Assembly: GCA_038496445.1 (NCBI GenBank)
Contig: JALMLS010000594.1
Span: 143,520-207,519 of the forward strand
Direction: 5' to 3'
Length of the DNA: 64,000 nucleotides
Source: Trichosphaerium sp. ATCC 40318
Lineage: Eukaryota; Protista; Tubulinea
Shown: positions 37,862 to 51,095 of the stretch, piece by piece
Position numbering within the stretch: the stretch's first letter is position 1
Layout: each line of letters begins with the position of its first letter
The notes under the pieces: generated by a model
Databases searched by the model: none
Told to the model about the DNA's origin: nothing
The model's input: the letters and a program-made list of their open reading frames with translations, nothing else
Translations under genes and position numbers: made by a program

Positions 37862-40170
37862 CTACTTTGGTGGCGTTTCAAATACCCATTGTTGATTCTG
37901 ATTATCTGATCTGGAAGACCACAAATACACGTTCCTAAATTAAAACGAATAAACAAGATGAAACAATATTGAAAAGGACATACTGGTTGTTTGATCCTCC
38001 ACCATTACCATCAATAGAGTAAGCAACATTACGTTTTTTTAATCTATATGTACTTCCAGATACATGAGACTTCTCCCAATGTTGATTAACATTATCTTGG
38101 TTACACCTGTGGAGCTTCACATTCCTGAAAAAAAAAAGTTAGAAAAGATGTGATATTAAGTACTTATTGAAGAATATGTACGCACTGTCCATTGCTACCA
38201 CCAGTTTTACCATCAAGGCAATAGTTTGTATAACGCTTACGGTAGATATAATATCCGTTGCTGTGTTGTGTTTCGACCCAATGTTGATTTTCATTTTTTT
38301 TGTTGTAGTTGTAAAGGTACACATTGTTGTCGTTGGCGTTAGGCTGCTTTTGAGTTGTCAAAGCATACCCCAGTGAATTTTTCTTTCGAAGGATATATAG
38401 CTTTTCATCATTAATAGAGCTAAGGCAATCAATACTTCCAAGTTTTGTACATCCACTGGCTTGACTTTTCCTCGAAAACTTTAACCATTTGTTCAAGCTA
38501 CACAAATATCGTGAGCGCTGTGACATTTAGACGATAGCCAATAATACGTACTTCTCATCTGGCATGCTATCCCTCATTATACCTGCGTTGTCAGGGTCAT
38601 GGTTCATATTTATAAGGTGTCCAATTTCGTGTGCAGTGAGGATGGTACGTTTACGAGTATCACCCATTTCTTTCACTTCGGCTTGAAAATTTGATCCACA
38701 AACACCACCTACCCATGCGCTTCCTAATAAGGTTCCAGCACTACAGTCATGATATAACACAGCTATTGGTGGTCGGGGATTCGAATAGTAACTGGTCGCC
38801 CAAGTATCAAAATCACTATGGACATCATTTCTTCTCATACACTGCCAACCGGCAGCTAAAAAAAAGTGGTTAGGTAATTAGTATTGTGTTGAGTAGTTTG
38901 TACAGTAGTCATCCCGATCCTTCATTATAAGCATCTCTGATACAACAAGTTCCACGTTCTTGTTTCGTTAGTACAACAGTTTACTTGTTTCAAAGGAAAT
39001 ACTTACCAGTTCTAGGTTATATATTGCGTTCACGTTGTGAATGTCTAAACAAGACTGGTTAGCAAAGCAAATAATATTAACTTCAAAAACTATCCCAGTT
39101 CATACTGTTGGTGACATAATTTACTGAATCGTCAACTCCTCGGTTATCATACATACTCTCATCAACAACCACTACCTATCGACTGTGTTAGTACCACAAA
39201 ACACCAATACAATTCGTGTACCATACGGAGAACTTCTAAGGATGAAGGACAACCTGTAGGTGGAGGATCTAATGGTAGTGTATCTCCCATAGGGTACACT
39301 CTTAAACAAAAAAAAAGTTAGTCTTTCCTGTGACAAAGAGAGAAACTACAAACCTTCTTGAACGTTTTGAACGAGTACGTTTACGTCTCTCTGACTTAAT
39401 CATGTCATTACAAACTCCGCAGCCAAGTGATTCTTCGTGTTGTAGAATATTGCGCCTTTTAGAGCAATGAGATTTCGGACAATGTACGGAAATGGAACAA
39501 CGGACAAAAGGCTTCTTACCTTAGAATCACGTGTGTGCCGGACCCAAGTTTTTCCACATGGTGTGGTGCCATGAAATCTATGTGCCTACGAAAAAGAAGT
39601 TGTCAGTCAACAGCTTCAAATAGGAAAAAACTTACTTTTTCGCTGGCTCAATTACAAGCATCTCATCATTTACGAACAGAATACCTTCTATCGTGCCATC
39701 TTTATGAGCCATAAACCGGAAGCGATAGCTATCGTTGATAGACTTGAAGGTTGTTGATGGAATAGGAAGGTACTTTGAACTGTTTCCTGAGCTTAAGATA
39801 ATCTGCAATGTCAGGTTAGAATAAACCAATACAAAACAAAATCACCCACCCTTGAATCGAACGTGAACGGCGACGCTTTGATACATTCAACAGTCAGCGA
39901 ACCATTTTGTTTGTGTACTGTTAGTACATGAACTCCTTCAGCGCTACGTTTCGGAGACAGTGATAAATCAACTACAAACAAAACAATCAGCTTTCGGTGG
40001 TTTTGACGAGACAACTTAAATCATACCCGACGTAACAACTTCAAAGTCCTCTACGTTATCCCAGTACTGCTTGTCATGGCATAAAACAGCGGTAGCCAAA
40101 AATACTAATTGAGGTAAGTCTCATGATTCGTTACCATAGAGGCAGTACCAACTACACAAAGCTTCCACAT
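37862..40170 (-). CDS. Secreted M12B (ADAM/reprolysin-like) metalloprotease with C-terminal ricin-B lectin domain
   Basis: Signal peptide and prodomain, LGSAWVGGVC, zinc motif AHEIGHLINMNHD plus Met-turn GIM. QxW repeats NENQHW, NVNQHW, NQNQQW. Confidence 0.85.
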
Positions 40171-40914
40171 TGTTGTCGTGCTGTTTGTGTTTAGAATGTT
40201 TTGGTAAATCTCACTTATTGAGTTAAGTTACTTTTAGTGGTTTGGGACAAACCACGTATTTTCTCGCTTTTGTTCTATGAAACGTACTTTTAGATGGTTG
40301 GATGCGGTTAACTAGGAGACGGATATTCTCGGACAAACTGCTTATTTTAACAAGCTAATTATCTGAAAAATAACCTGCCAGTCGTCAGGGTTGTTTTAAT
40401 CACGTGCACATTTTGGACGTGTTGTTGTTTTATAGCGTGTAATACTAAACTATGGCTATAATATCACCACATGGCAATGGAACGCGAAGCCCACAATGAG
40501 TTGTGATATGCTAAGCGAGAATATGTGGTGTCTCGCTCTCATCCAGTGAAGGTCTATCGCGCCATACAATTTGTTGTGTGTTTATATGACGGTATAGTTT
40601 CGTCACGGTTGAATCTTTAGCGACACAACTCAATGGTTTAAAAACTACAACAAAACTCCTTAGCTTAGAAAACTTCATGTAGAATTGAAATCTTTTATGG
40701 CTTGCTTACAACTGCTAATAGTAACTTTGCGTAGCAAGAAAAGCTGTAGAAAAAAACCTGGTACTAATACGTTGTTATTTTCGAGAAAGCCTAGAAGCTA
40801 CCTCTCTCCCACACACATGTCAAGCGGAGACAGTTCATGACTGTATTGTATAAATCACTCACAAACATAACAAAAACGTATTAACTACGTCTGCCAAGCT
40901 TTTATTGTGTTGGT

Positions 40915-43900
40915 TTAGTAGACCGTGCTACTATACTTCATGATAATAGGTCTATCGAGGACACAAGTAAATAGCTCTCCTTTGTGGGGTGATGGGCAAG
41001 CGGGTACCTAAAAAAGTTGATTAGCACTTGGGGACTAGCTTCAAAAAGCACATACAATTGCATTGTTATTTTTAATGTCCGCTACAAAGTTCCATAGTTT
41101 CGGATTTACACCTAAGAACCTTTGTTATTGTTCACCAGTTATAACTCAAAAAAGTACCTTCTCCATAAAAATTAAACCAACTACCACCTTGAACATGTCC
41201 ATAGTCCCATAGATTTGCCAACATGTAGTTTGGTGTCTGAAATAAACATATTAAAACAATTGAAGTATGTGGTTTTTGTCGTCTTACATTCTCCATGCGA
41301 AATAAAGTTGGTGTTATCAACGAGTATCCGGGAGGGTAGTGCGTATTGTTAGGTAAAGCTGCAGCATTTCCACCATACCCGTAGACACTGATAAAATCGC
41401 TGTCTCTTACCCAAAGTACCTAAACATGAAGATAAATAGAAGTGCTTTTGCTAGCTTCTTCGGAAACTTACCGGGAAATTGCCTTCGCTTTTGATGCTGT
41501 AAATATCAATATGGTGTGAGTTTGATATTTCGAAATTGGCATCTCCTCTTCCATGTTCAGTATTGCATTGATAACATCTGTTTGGAGGCAACTGTATCAG
41601 CTCTTTGATGTTTGTTAAACTTGATAACACTCACCTTATGTTTGATGCATTTACTATCTTTAAATGACGAGCTCCTGGATCCTGTCCAAGAGTGAGTACA
41701 AAAAATAAAATACACGTGATTATCACGTGATATGGATTTACCTGATATTGCCAATTCTCTTGAAAAAAGTTGTAAAAACGACCACCACTGCCTACAATCA
41801 TTGGCATTAGATCTATGTAAAACAAAAACAAAACGATGTTCTTACCAGAAACGATATTCAAAGGTACAGTAATATTCGTTGCATTCTTACAAGGTACTTT
41901 GATTTTTAACAGCTTTATCAATTCCTCACACTCTGAAGCTCGATCTGTTTCAGACTGTCTATAAATAGACTGATCGCTAACAATCACGTGTAAGAGAAGA
42001 GAAAATGAGAGAAAAAAGAATTGTGCCTCTTTGCCAACCAATGAATTGCATAATCTGTTTTCAAATGCCAATACGTCTACACAGCTTAGCGGAACATACA
42101 AAACATATTATAAACCTTGACTGACAAGAAAGCTATGATATTGTGAGAATCACTTGTTTCAACAACAGGGTTTCCACCAAGGCCATCTGTTACAGGAGCA
42201 ATGAATGTAAGATGACGAGCTTAAAATAAACAAATAGTAAGAAATAAATGAGAAAACTGTGAACTATCTTCTTGCTTTTACCTATGCCAACAAGGCTTTG
42301 TCCTGGTGCCATTTTAAGCGTTTTAGAAACGCGATAGTAACCTTTTGTTTGTCAATAACAAATGATTTGATAGGAAAGGGGTACCTTTGGGTAGAAATAC
42401 AATTCCGTTTGGATTTTGATCAAGAGCATCTTGTATTGCTTTGGTGTCATCTGTGAGTCCATCTCTTATTCTCTTGTGTTAATAATTCAAGGTTAAAGAG
42501 ATATTAAATATTACCCTTTGGCGTTGTATGGAGCAAGTTTGACGTTTACAGCATCACTACTTTGAAAAGAAGGAAAAGTAGCAAACTTCCATAAATGTTG
42601 TTCCTAAAATTTAGTTTTAGTGCTGTCATATTGTATTGAACACAGTACTTGTAAATCCGAAGGTGGGTCGGTTTTATACGTAATATCTCTAATCTCGTCA
42701 AATGTGCGTTTGCCATTAATATACGTTGGGGACTCATATTGGAACCTTGTACTTCAGTCAGTCTTTTAAAAAAAATTAGGCTTACTTTTTGTTTTCTCTT
42801 GCTACGTATATTGGAGGCTTGACTCCTTTTGCATACTCGTTGATCCTTTTTGATAGTTAGTAATATTAACAGCTATAATCACTATTACTCACGTTGTCCA
42901 TGAATCAGGGTACTCAGAGTTGACAACATATTTGAGAGTAGGAATAGAAACTAACTGACCACAATTCTAAACATAAGTGTAAGGAAAACGTACAACAAAA
43001 GCTGACAATACCTTAAAGTACACGTTTTTTAAGTATATGTCACGTGCAGTAATGATCCCAATAGATGATTTATCATATTGAATGTATTCTATAGAAGAGT
43101 CTACAAGACTAACTTGTCCTGATAAGGCTGGTGGTGATGTCTAAATTGTAATTTTAGATTTGAAACGAATCAAAGTAGTTTTAGTACTTGTGGATTGCTT
43201 TTCGTGTAAGGTACTTTGCATTTAGGGTTTGTAGGCATTGTATCGTCAGTGGTTATTCGTATTGCTGGTTCAGTAGGTTCATGAGTTCCAACCTAAAGTC
43301 AGATTAAGTACGTTTATTCAATATTTGTTTCACGTGCTTGTATGTTTATACCAACTGCCGTAAGCGTTTGCAAACCTAACTAGAGTTTCAGTCACCTACA
43401 CAAGCACCTCACAGCTTACCTTCATATAATATTGCTGAACATGATTGATTTATAAGTGTCATTCCTGTTATCTACAACAAACATGAGAAAACGAACTCAT
43501 ACTAAGAAAATTTTCGATTAGATTGGTACTGTTGGTGCTGGCTGAGCTTCTCTCAAATCAAGACCAAATCTACCTCCATGTACAGTGATACCAATATGGC
43601 TTCCACCACTTCCAGCAGCGCCCTTTTAAAACTGTGGTAAGTCATTAAAATAAGTGTGAACTAAGAATTTACCTGTACGCCTGCAGTGCCATCTTCTAAT
43701 TCAATAAAAACGTCTTGAATACTTGATCCTTGTGCTGCTCTAAAATACACGATTTATAACACGTTAATTGATGGTACTGTGTACCTATGTCTAATGCCAA
43801 TAGCGCCATAGTTTCCTTTCTCAACTCTATGCATAAGTTAATGATACGGTTTACACGTGTAGCAATGTACATACTTGATATTGATGCCCTGGAATATTTG

Positions 43901-44602
43901 ATTGAAGTTTACGCTAGGTCGTATATTTGTTGCATTCCTTTCTGTTGCAAAATCAACTAAAGTGCCTCTACAACGTGTTTAAAGGCACATACCGTAAGTC
44001 CAGAAGTGAACAACATATTTTGGAAGAGCTGCATCAGTAAAGCCAGGTGTTGATTGTTTGACTATTAGTGTCGGTCTATCCTCAACATTACCAGATGTTG
44101 GTACTTGTCCAACTAAAGCGTTTGGGTATGAACTTCACTAGGTAGTTAGTTTAGAAAAATCACGTGTAGTGCTAACCGAGGGTTCAAATGCACATCACCG
44201 CTCATACAACTTATCGTATCGGTTATAACATATTGACCTACAGGGCAGTAAACAGTTTGATTGCGGTTTTCTATTTCAAAAAAAAAACAGCAAATGAGCA
44301 CGTGTTGTTGTTTACCTTTAGGAAAGAAAACAACCAAGCTGTTTGCTCTAGCGTACTACATGTCATTAGAAATAGTTTATGATTATATTAGAGCTGTCTT
44401 GTACCTCTACAGCTTTTTGGATTGGTATTGTAGAATCACTAGCGCCTGAAGGGTCTGCGTTGTAAGGAGACAAAGTAATGTCCAAAAAACCAACGTCTTC
44501 AGTTGCCTACAGCCTATTTTAGTTAATTGTTGGTTGTAGGTTGCGTACAGTTGTTAGCCATAACAGACACGTGGCCACAAGTAATAATACGATGTAATTC
44601 AT
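40915..44602 (-). CDS. Secreted double beta-helix glycosidase (Pectate_lyase_3/GH55-like), copy B
   Basis: Near-identical inverted paralog of 33646-37400, including most introns. Confidence 0.8.
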
Positions 44603-44712
44603 GTTTTGTGAAAGCGAAAAAGTAATACACAAAGAAGAATAAAAAAAGTCATCCATGTCGTATTAGGTCATGCCAAACAACTAACCTACGAATTTTGGTA
44701 GTTCACATCGGA

Positions 44713-44774
44713 GGCATCAAATCACTTGCTGGTGTTCATACTATTAATCTCATTTGCACCTTGTAACTGATGAG
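44713..44774 (+). pseudogene. Decayed LRR fragment
   Basis: GIKSLAGVHTINLICT-[frameshift]-VTDE. Confidence 0.6.
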
Positions 44775-45038
44775 GTCTACCACCAAGCTTACACTTCAAC
44801 TGAGGCTAAAACTCACTTTGACAAGTGACATTCCGAAAGACTTCTTAATCACCTATCGTGTCCTTTTGAAGGATACAAGGCTCTACACTCTTAGAATGTG
44901 TACCAAAGTCTCGGATTCATGAATGACAGACCGGGTATAACTGGAGGGAGAAAGATTTAACCGGCCGACTTAAATATTCTTAAGTATCTTAAGTTTCATA
45001 ATTTTATTGAGCACAACGAACAACAATCAAAACAACAA

Positions 45039-46638
45039 ATGTCAGAAACAAAAGAAAAGGCAACTATGGAGAAGCTCCGAGGTGATAAACTCAATACAAA
45101 CATGACATACAATTACCTTGGTAACAGCGGCATTAAAGTGTCTTCAATATGCATGGGTAAGCCGTTTACAACCTTTTTACTTTCTTTTGACATCTGTCAA
45201 CCGAATAACGCTTTAAAAGGCGCTATGACGTTTGGAAAGATTGACAGCGAACACTGGCTACCTACAGTCACTACAGAAGAGAGTTTTGCTCTCATGGACA
45301 AGTTTGTAGAAGCAGGTGGTAACTTTATCGACACAGCCAACGTCTACGGCATGGGAGAAAGCGAGAGAGTCGGTACGTTGTTAAACTGACGAGAAAACCC
45401 AAAAACAACCAAAACGGTTTTTTCTGTTTGTTCGCTTTAAAAGCCTCTAATTCATCAACTAATCGTTACAACAGTCGGTAAATGGATGAAAGAAAGGAAA
45501 AACCGCAGTGAAATCGTTCTAGCTACAAAAGGTATGAGCCAATAAACTCAGTCGGAAAAACTTTTCACCCATTTTATCATTTTTATTTTCTTTATTTTTT
45601 GACGTTGTTTAATGTCACTTTAGGGTACTTCCGGTTTGGAAAAGGTCCTAACAATGCTGGATATAATAGAGGATTTATTATGAGAAGTGTGGATCAATCA
45701 TTGGAGCGTCTCCAAACCAGTTACATTGACTTGTACCAAGTACGGGGGTTTTTTGAAACAAAAAATTAAACAATGTTTGTATTTTCTTATGTTCTAATAG
45801 CTTCACTCGTTTGATCCTGGCACGCCTATCCGCGAACTCATGACAACATTAAACGACTTGGTTCGTCAAGGAAAAATCCTTTACATTGGTATCTCAAACT
45901 GGCCGTCATGGGCTATCCAACAAGCTCAATGTATCGCCAAATACGAAAATATGACTCGTATGTCCACTTTGTTTCAACGTTTTTGTTGACATCTATCAAA
46001 GGTTTTGTCTCCCTACAAGCGCAATACAATCTGTTGGCTAGAGGACCTGAATGGGAGATGTTCCCTGTGTGCCAGGTACATTTGTCATTTCATAGTTGAA
46101 GTTGAACGAATTAAACTAACTTTTCTTCACAGGCAAACAACATGGCATACTTGCCTTGGAGTCCTTTGAAGGGCGGTTGGTTATCTGGTCGCTTTGACCG
46201 TGACTCCAAAAAACCAGAAGAAGGACGTGTAGCTTGGGCAGAGAAAGCAGGTTGGTCAGAGACTGACTGGGGTAGTCTTGCCAATGAAGAGTAGGCGTTT
46301 AGTTTTTAGGTAAATCCAGTTTTTACTGACTTTGTTTTGTTAGCACGTGGAAAGTTATTGATGTCTTGAAAGAAATATCAACCGAAACTAAACGCCCTGT
46401 TGCTCAAATAGCACTTCGTTGGATCATGCAACGCCCAGGTGTTACATCAACAATCATTGGTGCCCGTAAAATGAAGCATTTGATCGATAACCTTGGCACT
46501 GTTGAGTTTTCATTGACAGAAGAACAAATGACTCGTTTGAATACTGTATCTACTCTAAAAGCACCATACCCATACAATCTGCTCGCTACATTCCCAGCAC
46601 GTGATGGCAGAGCAAGAGAAGGTAGAACAGACTTTTAG
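45039..46638 (+). CDS. Aldo/keto reductase
   Basis: [76 protein letters not shown]. The D/Y/K/H catalytic tetrad is present. Confidence 0.93.
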
Positions 46639-47145
46639 ATAAAAATAAAAATATATTTCATGTGTAGTTGTTGTACTTGTATCTCGAAAAGGCAAACGCG
46701 TTTATATTCAAAAAACAATAATACCATACTGATAATAACATGGTTTTGTTGACACATACAACAGGTAATAACTAAGCAAAGGTATAAGCAGTAATTAAAT
46801 AGCCCCAATAGTAACATTTTTATTTAACAAACATGTTTGAAATGTACACTAATTTTATCCTTTCGTTGTTCATGTATTGTGTACGTTCTTCGACTTTATA
46901 TAAAAAATAAAAAAAAAGATTAGAATACAACGGTCTCTAAAATAAGTCATTCCAGTACTTTTCAGGGCATCCACGCATAAGATATTACAGCAATTTACCA
47001 CAATATATATTCAGTGAAATAGCCCGTTGACCAAGCAAGAATACGCTTCAATCTGAACGAAAAAATTTTCAACATTTCCAAATTTCGAAAAGAAGCTTCC
47101 ACAGGCCAAAATAAAAAGTGTCAGCGGTGCCAGGGCAAGCAAAAC

Positions 47146-47217
47146 AGTCCCCGACGGGACTTGAACCCGCAATCCCCAGATCCGAAGACTGGTGCCATAC
47201 CATTAGGCCACGAAGAC
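47146..47217 (-). tRNA. tRNA-Arg(TCG)
   Basis: GTCTTCG..CGGGGAC acceptor stem, D arm TGGCCTAATGGTATGGC, anticodon loop CT-TCG-GA, T arm GCGGG-TTCAAGT-CCCGT, downstream TTTT. Confidence 0.93.
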
Positions 47218-48135
47218 TTTAACGCTGTGAAGAAACTTGATGAGTACTGACCCGATCAATTGTCATGTTGACCATCACTGACCGTGTTTCAATGTCCATC
47301 TGTAGGCTTAATGGCGTTTGTGTTATCTATTGATACTCCTATACTGTTTAGGGGAATAAAAAAAGTGATTTTGGGGTTTTCAACTTTGTCGCGTTGTTGA
47401 ACCGTCAAAAATGAGTATTGGTTATCCGACGTTGTTTTATCTCAAGTGAACTACCTATTTCATCCATAGGCGGCTAATATCATTCTTTTTTGGACTGGTC
47501 TTTTTGCCAAACGCTCAAAATACGCGAGTAGCGCTTGGTGATAACCTCTTTGGTGTAGATTAATACCGTATCGTTTTAACGTATAATTATGTTTAGTGTG
47601 CGCCTAATAGTTACGAATGCGGTCCATATCACGAAACAAGGCGCCTACAAAGATTTGAGTCCACCTTCTAACGTTTGTCACTTCTCGCATTTGCAAAAAA
47701 GCTTTTTTGCGAGTTTTCAGCACACGCTTAACTCCCTTACAGAACTTACGCAATTATACCCTCCTTCCATATCTTTGGAGTCAACTGACGCTAAATTAAT
47801 TTCTTGAAACTCGTAGCTGAAGTTATGTTTGCGTCCTTTTTGTATAGCTCAATAAAACAACCTCGTAAATACAAACCATACCTTAGTGACTGACCGCATC
47901 TGTATCTATGTGTTCATTTATTCCTTCTTTCATCATTATTGTAGTGGTGGGAAGTTTTGGTTTTCGAATGACTTCAGTTTTTCTACTTGACTTTTGTACA
48001 AATTGCGTGCTGTCAACTAATTGTAAGGAAATTATTTCCTGTTCTACCTCATTGTCAATGGCGAAATTTTGTTGGCTCAACCACCTCCTCTTGACTTGTT
48101 CTACCACGGCCACTTTAGTAGTACGCATTGAGCAC

Positions 48136-48540
48136 TCACGTCGAATACGCGATATACATAACATTACAATCACTATTCAACATAGACTGTGCACGTGGTA
48201 CAACATCGAGCTTTGCTTTGATTGTTTTATCAGTATTATCGGCAATAGGAATGCTATTTTCATTTTTCTTCAACATGTCTTGTATGTCAATGTAAGCTTC
48301 TCCCATAAAACCATCTATCATGAAGTCATCATCCCTATAAATAACACAAGACCGTTAATCGAAACTTTTAGTTTTGTTTTCAACTTTGGCATTTGCTAAG
48401 CCGGATTCGACTCTAGAAACTAGTCTAAGATGGTTCTAGTTATACTAGTCTACGTACCAAACTTCAAACTTTACATATTTTTCATCATTGTACTCTGTGT
48501 TTGCCTTCTCTCGCCATTTTGGGTTAAAGTAATAGAACAT
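48136..48540 (-). pseudogene. C2-domain fragment (partial gene or pseudogene)
   Basis: FNPKWREK...VKFEVW|DDDFMIDGFMGEAYIDI across an intron. No clean 5' exons were found. Confidence 0.5.
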
Positions 48541-49598
48541 AGTCAATGCTCCTGTTGTATTCTATTCAACCCAACATAACAAGGTGATCCTGTGAATGCA
48601 CTTGTTGTGATGCTGTTTTTGTAGCATGGAAAAGTCTGATGGCCATGCAAAGATGCCCGGATTTATAATATCTCAATTATCTTGAGATTCCATGGGCATT
48701 TCATACTAATAAAATAGTATGAAATCTCCCTAATAACATAATTTAATAACTAAACTCGTGTTACACCTTCTCTTCAATCACTGACTAAGTACGTCGTGAT
48801 ATTGTATGTACTAACTAGGTAGTAAAAGTACATAACGGACGCTTTTACAGCCATTGTAAGCTAAGTTTGTGATGGAGTTGGCCTGACATGACATTAAAAC
48901 TAAAGCTACGTTTTATAGTAAGCACATGATGTTCTACTATTGCTATCATGAATGCTCCATAAGAGAGCTTCCTTTTTGGGACAGCTACAACAGTAATTGT
49001 GAGTACTTCTACAAGACCAAATGGAATCTGTCTTAATACAACTTGTGGATGTGCGTGAAACACCGTTTGCGAGTCCACCTTTAGCGTAACAAAGCAAGAG
49101 TGACATCAATGCTTGGTGATTAGATATTGGGTGGATAGCTTGTACAGTGTAACAGGGTACCTGGCGTAAACCATCTTGAAACACTACCTGCAGCCAGTAA
49201 TTTCAAACTCAAATAGTGATGTCAAGAATTTTAGCAGTCTACAATGCTGGTAATATGTAACACTTGTACTTGTTGACAGTTACGCTTTATTTTAATAGCT
49301 GGATAGAGTGTTAGAGCCAGCTATAACTCTTAAACAGCTAACTCTCGCAGCCAATAAACTCTGAAAACAAGCATAATGTCACTAAAATAAGAGTGTTTTT
49401 GTTTGAAAGTTGCATAGTTTTTTGAGATGCAGTAGTACAAGCAGAATATCTGGCATAATCAGTGGCAACAACCATAGGCAATTGCTCACCAGTTCACAAT
49501 ACTGCACCTGTCCTTGAAGCTGATTAGAACATGTATTGTATACAGGTGATTAACAGTTGCGACTGATGCATTCAGCACCCTAATATGGTAAGGTATTT

Positions 49599-49712
49599 GT
49601 GATGGTCAACATGACAATTGATCGGGTCAGTACTCATCAAGTTTCTTCACAGCGTTAAAGTCTTCGTGGCCTAATGGTATGGCACCAGTCTTCGGATCTG
49701 GGGATTGCGGGT
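49599..49712 (+). pseudogene. Truncated tRNA-Arg copy with 61-bp upstream flank; perfect inverted repeat of 47165-47278
   Basis: 114/114 nt reverse-complement identity. The copy breaks inside the T arm (GGGT then GT plus an A run). Confidence 0.9.
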
Positions 49713-50084
49713 GTAAAAAAAAACTTGCCACCAATAGTTTTATGTGTAAATCAGCACAAAATAGGTGTTAAACGTCCAGATTGTCGCTGTGATATTCCTC
49801 TATAATATTGTTTATAATCACCCTTGTTTTACAGTATTCAGTATTCTATTTATGTGATTATAATACAATATTTCGGACGCAGATCAACATAAAAATTTAG
49901 ACAACTTTAGTTCCATGTGTCGGGGTTTGTACAAACCGTAGATCATTGACGTTTGGTGCCTGGTTTGTCATAAATACTTAAAATACTGGTAACCTCTTCT
50001 GCTTATTCAAAGTTATATAAAAGATGATACAATAATCCTCACTAACCAATAGCAGCATTAAAAACACTTATTCATAAATGCCAT

Positions 50085-50220
50085 AAGTGATTTGGTCCCT
50101 TCATTTGTAATGCTGTTATAACGATCAACATAATGGTATGAACACCAGTAAGAACTTTTATGCCTTATCTGTAATCCCTTGATAATGACTAAGGTTAGTA
50201 GTATGTAAGGTGAGTGCTCG
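50085..50220 (-). pseudogene. Decayed LRR fragment
   Basis: LHTTNLSHYQGITDK-[frameshift]-IKVLTGVHTI-[frameshift]-RYNSITNEGTKSL. Confidence 0.55.
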
Positions 50221-51095
50221 TTTATTGAGCGGATTGACAGATTTAGACAATGTTTTGGTAGTTGTAGCATGCTGGATTGATTATGGGGAAGGCAATAACA
50301 GGTATGAAAGTAAGAAAATACTTAGTATTGATTTTTAAGGCTGGTAGTTAACATTTAGTAGGTGCATTTAAATCAGCAGATGCTTTACTTAAAGGAAATC
50401 ATGAAATTATTGCAGGCTGTAATAGGCAACCAAAAAAAAAAAAAAGAATACCTAGTCAACTATTTTTGATTTGGTTTTTTTTTCCTAACCAAGTTTGCTC
50501 GTGCTTTCTTGTTTATATTGGTACACACGTATTCATAATGATTTTTGCTTCTGTTTAAGGGTCTTTACTAATGAGTTGTTAAAGGTATTCCTGAGGAGGG
50601 AGAAGATGACGATGAGGGTGAAGATGCGGAAGAAATTGAAGAAATTGAAGCCAACGTAGAGCTCATTGATAAACTTCGAACAGGATGGAGTTGTGAAAAC
50701 AAAGTAATGTTCTACTGTAATGACATAAATTATATGGATCCATTCATAAAGAAAGCCGAAAACTAAAGGATGCGACAGTACGCCAAAGAGTTAACAAAAA
50801 TAACACTTCAAAAATTTTACTTTATTTTGTATTGTTTTTAACTGAGACATCCAAGGTATCAAACAATCTTGACGATGTCATAACGTTCGGTTTAAATACA
50901 AACATAAAAGCTAAAATCGAAGGATCAAGTCCAAAAAGTATTCGGAAAGTTGAAGAAGAAGATAAAGGAAAATTGTTGATATAATAAATTACCAAAAATG
51001 CAAGATTTTTTAATGTCTAAAATACAACCAGCTTGTTTTTTGTTTTATTATTTACAACATAGATCGCCACTTGACCAAAAAAAGAAAATAAAGGG

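Larger units (their letters stand above)
33630..44618. repeat. Inverted gene duplication (arms about 33630-37397 and 40918-44618)
   Basis: Long reverse-complement identity across exons and introns. Homology starts about 16 nt before the ATG and ends at the stop codon. Confidence 0.9.

Noticed and set aside
48698-48725. AT-rich perfect hairpin ATTTCATACTA-ATAAAA-TAGTATGAAAT
   Set aside because: A single AT-rich 11-bp stem is plausible by chance and has no supporting context.
48845-49590. Cys-rich broken frames inside the tRNA inverted repeat; possible transposase
   Set aside because: No DDE, RT or tyrosine-recombinase motifs are recognisable, and there are many stops.
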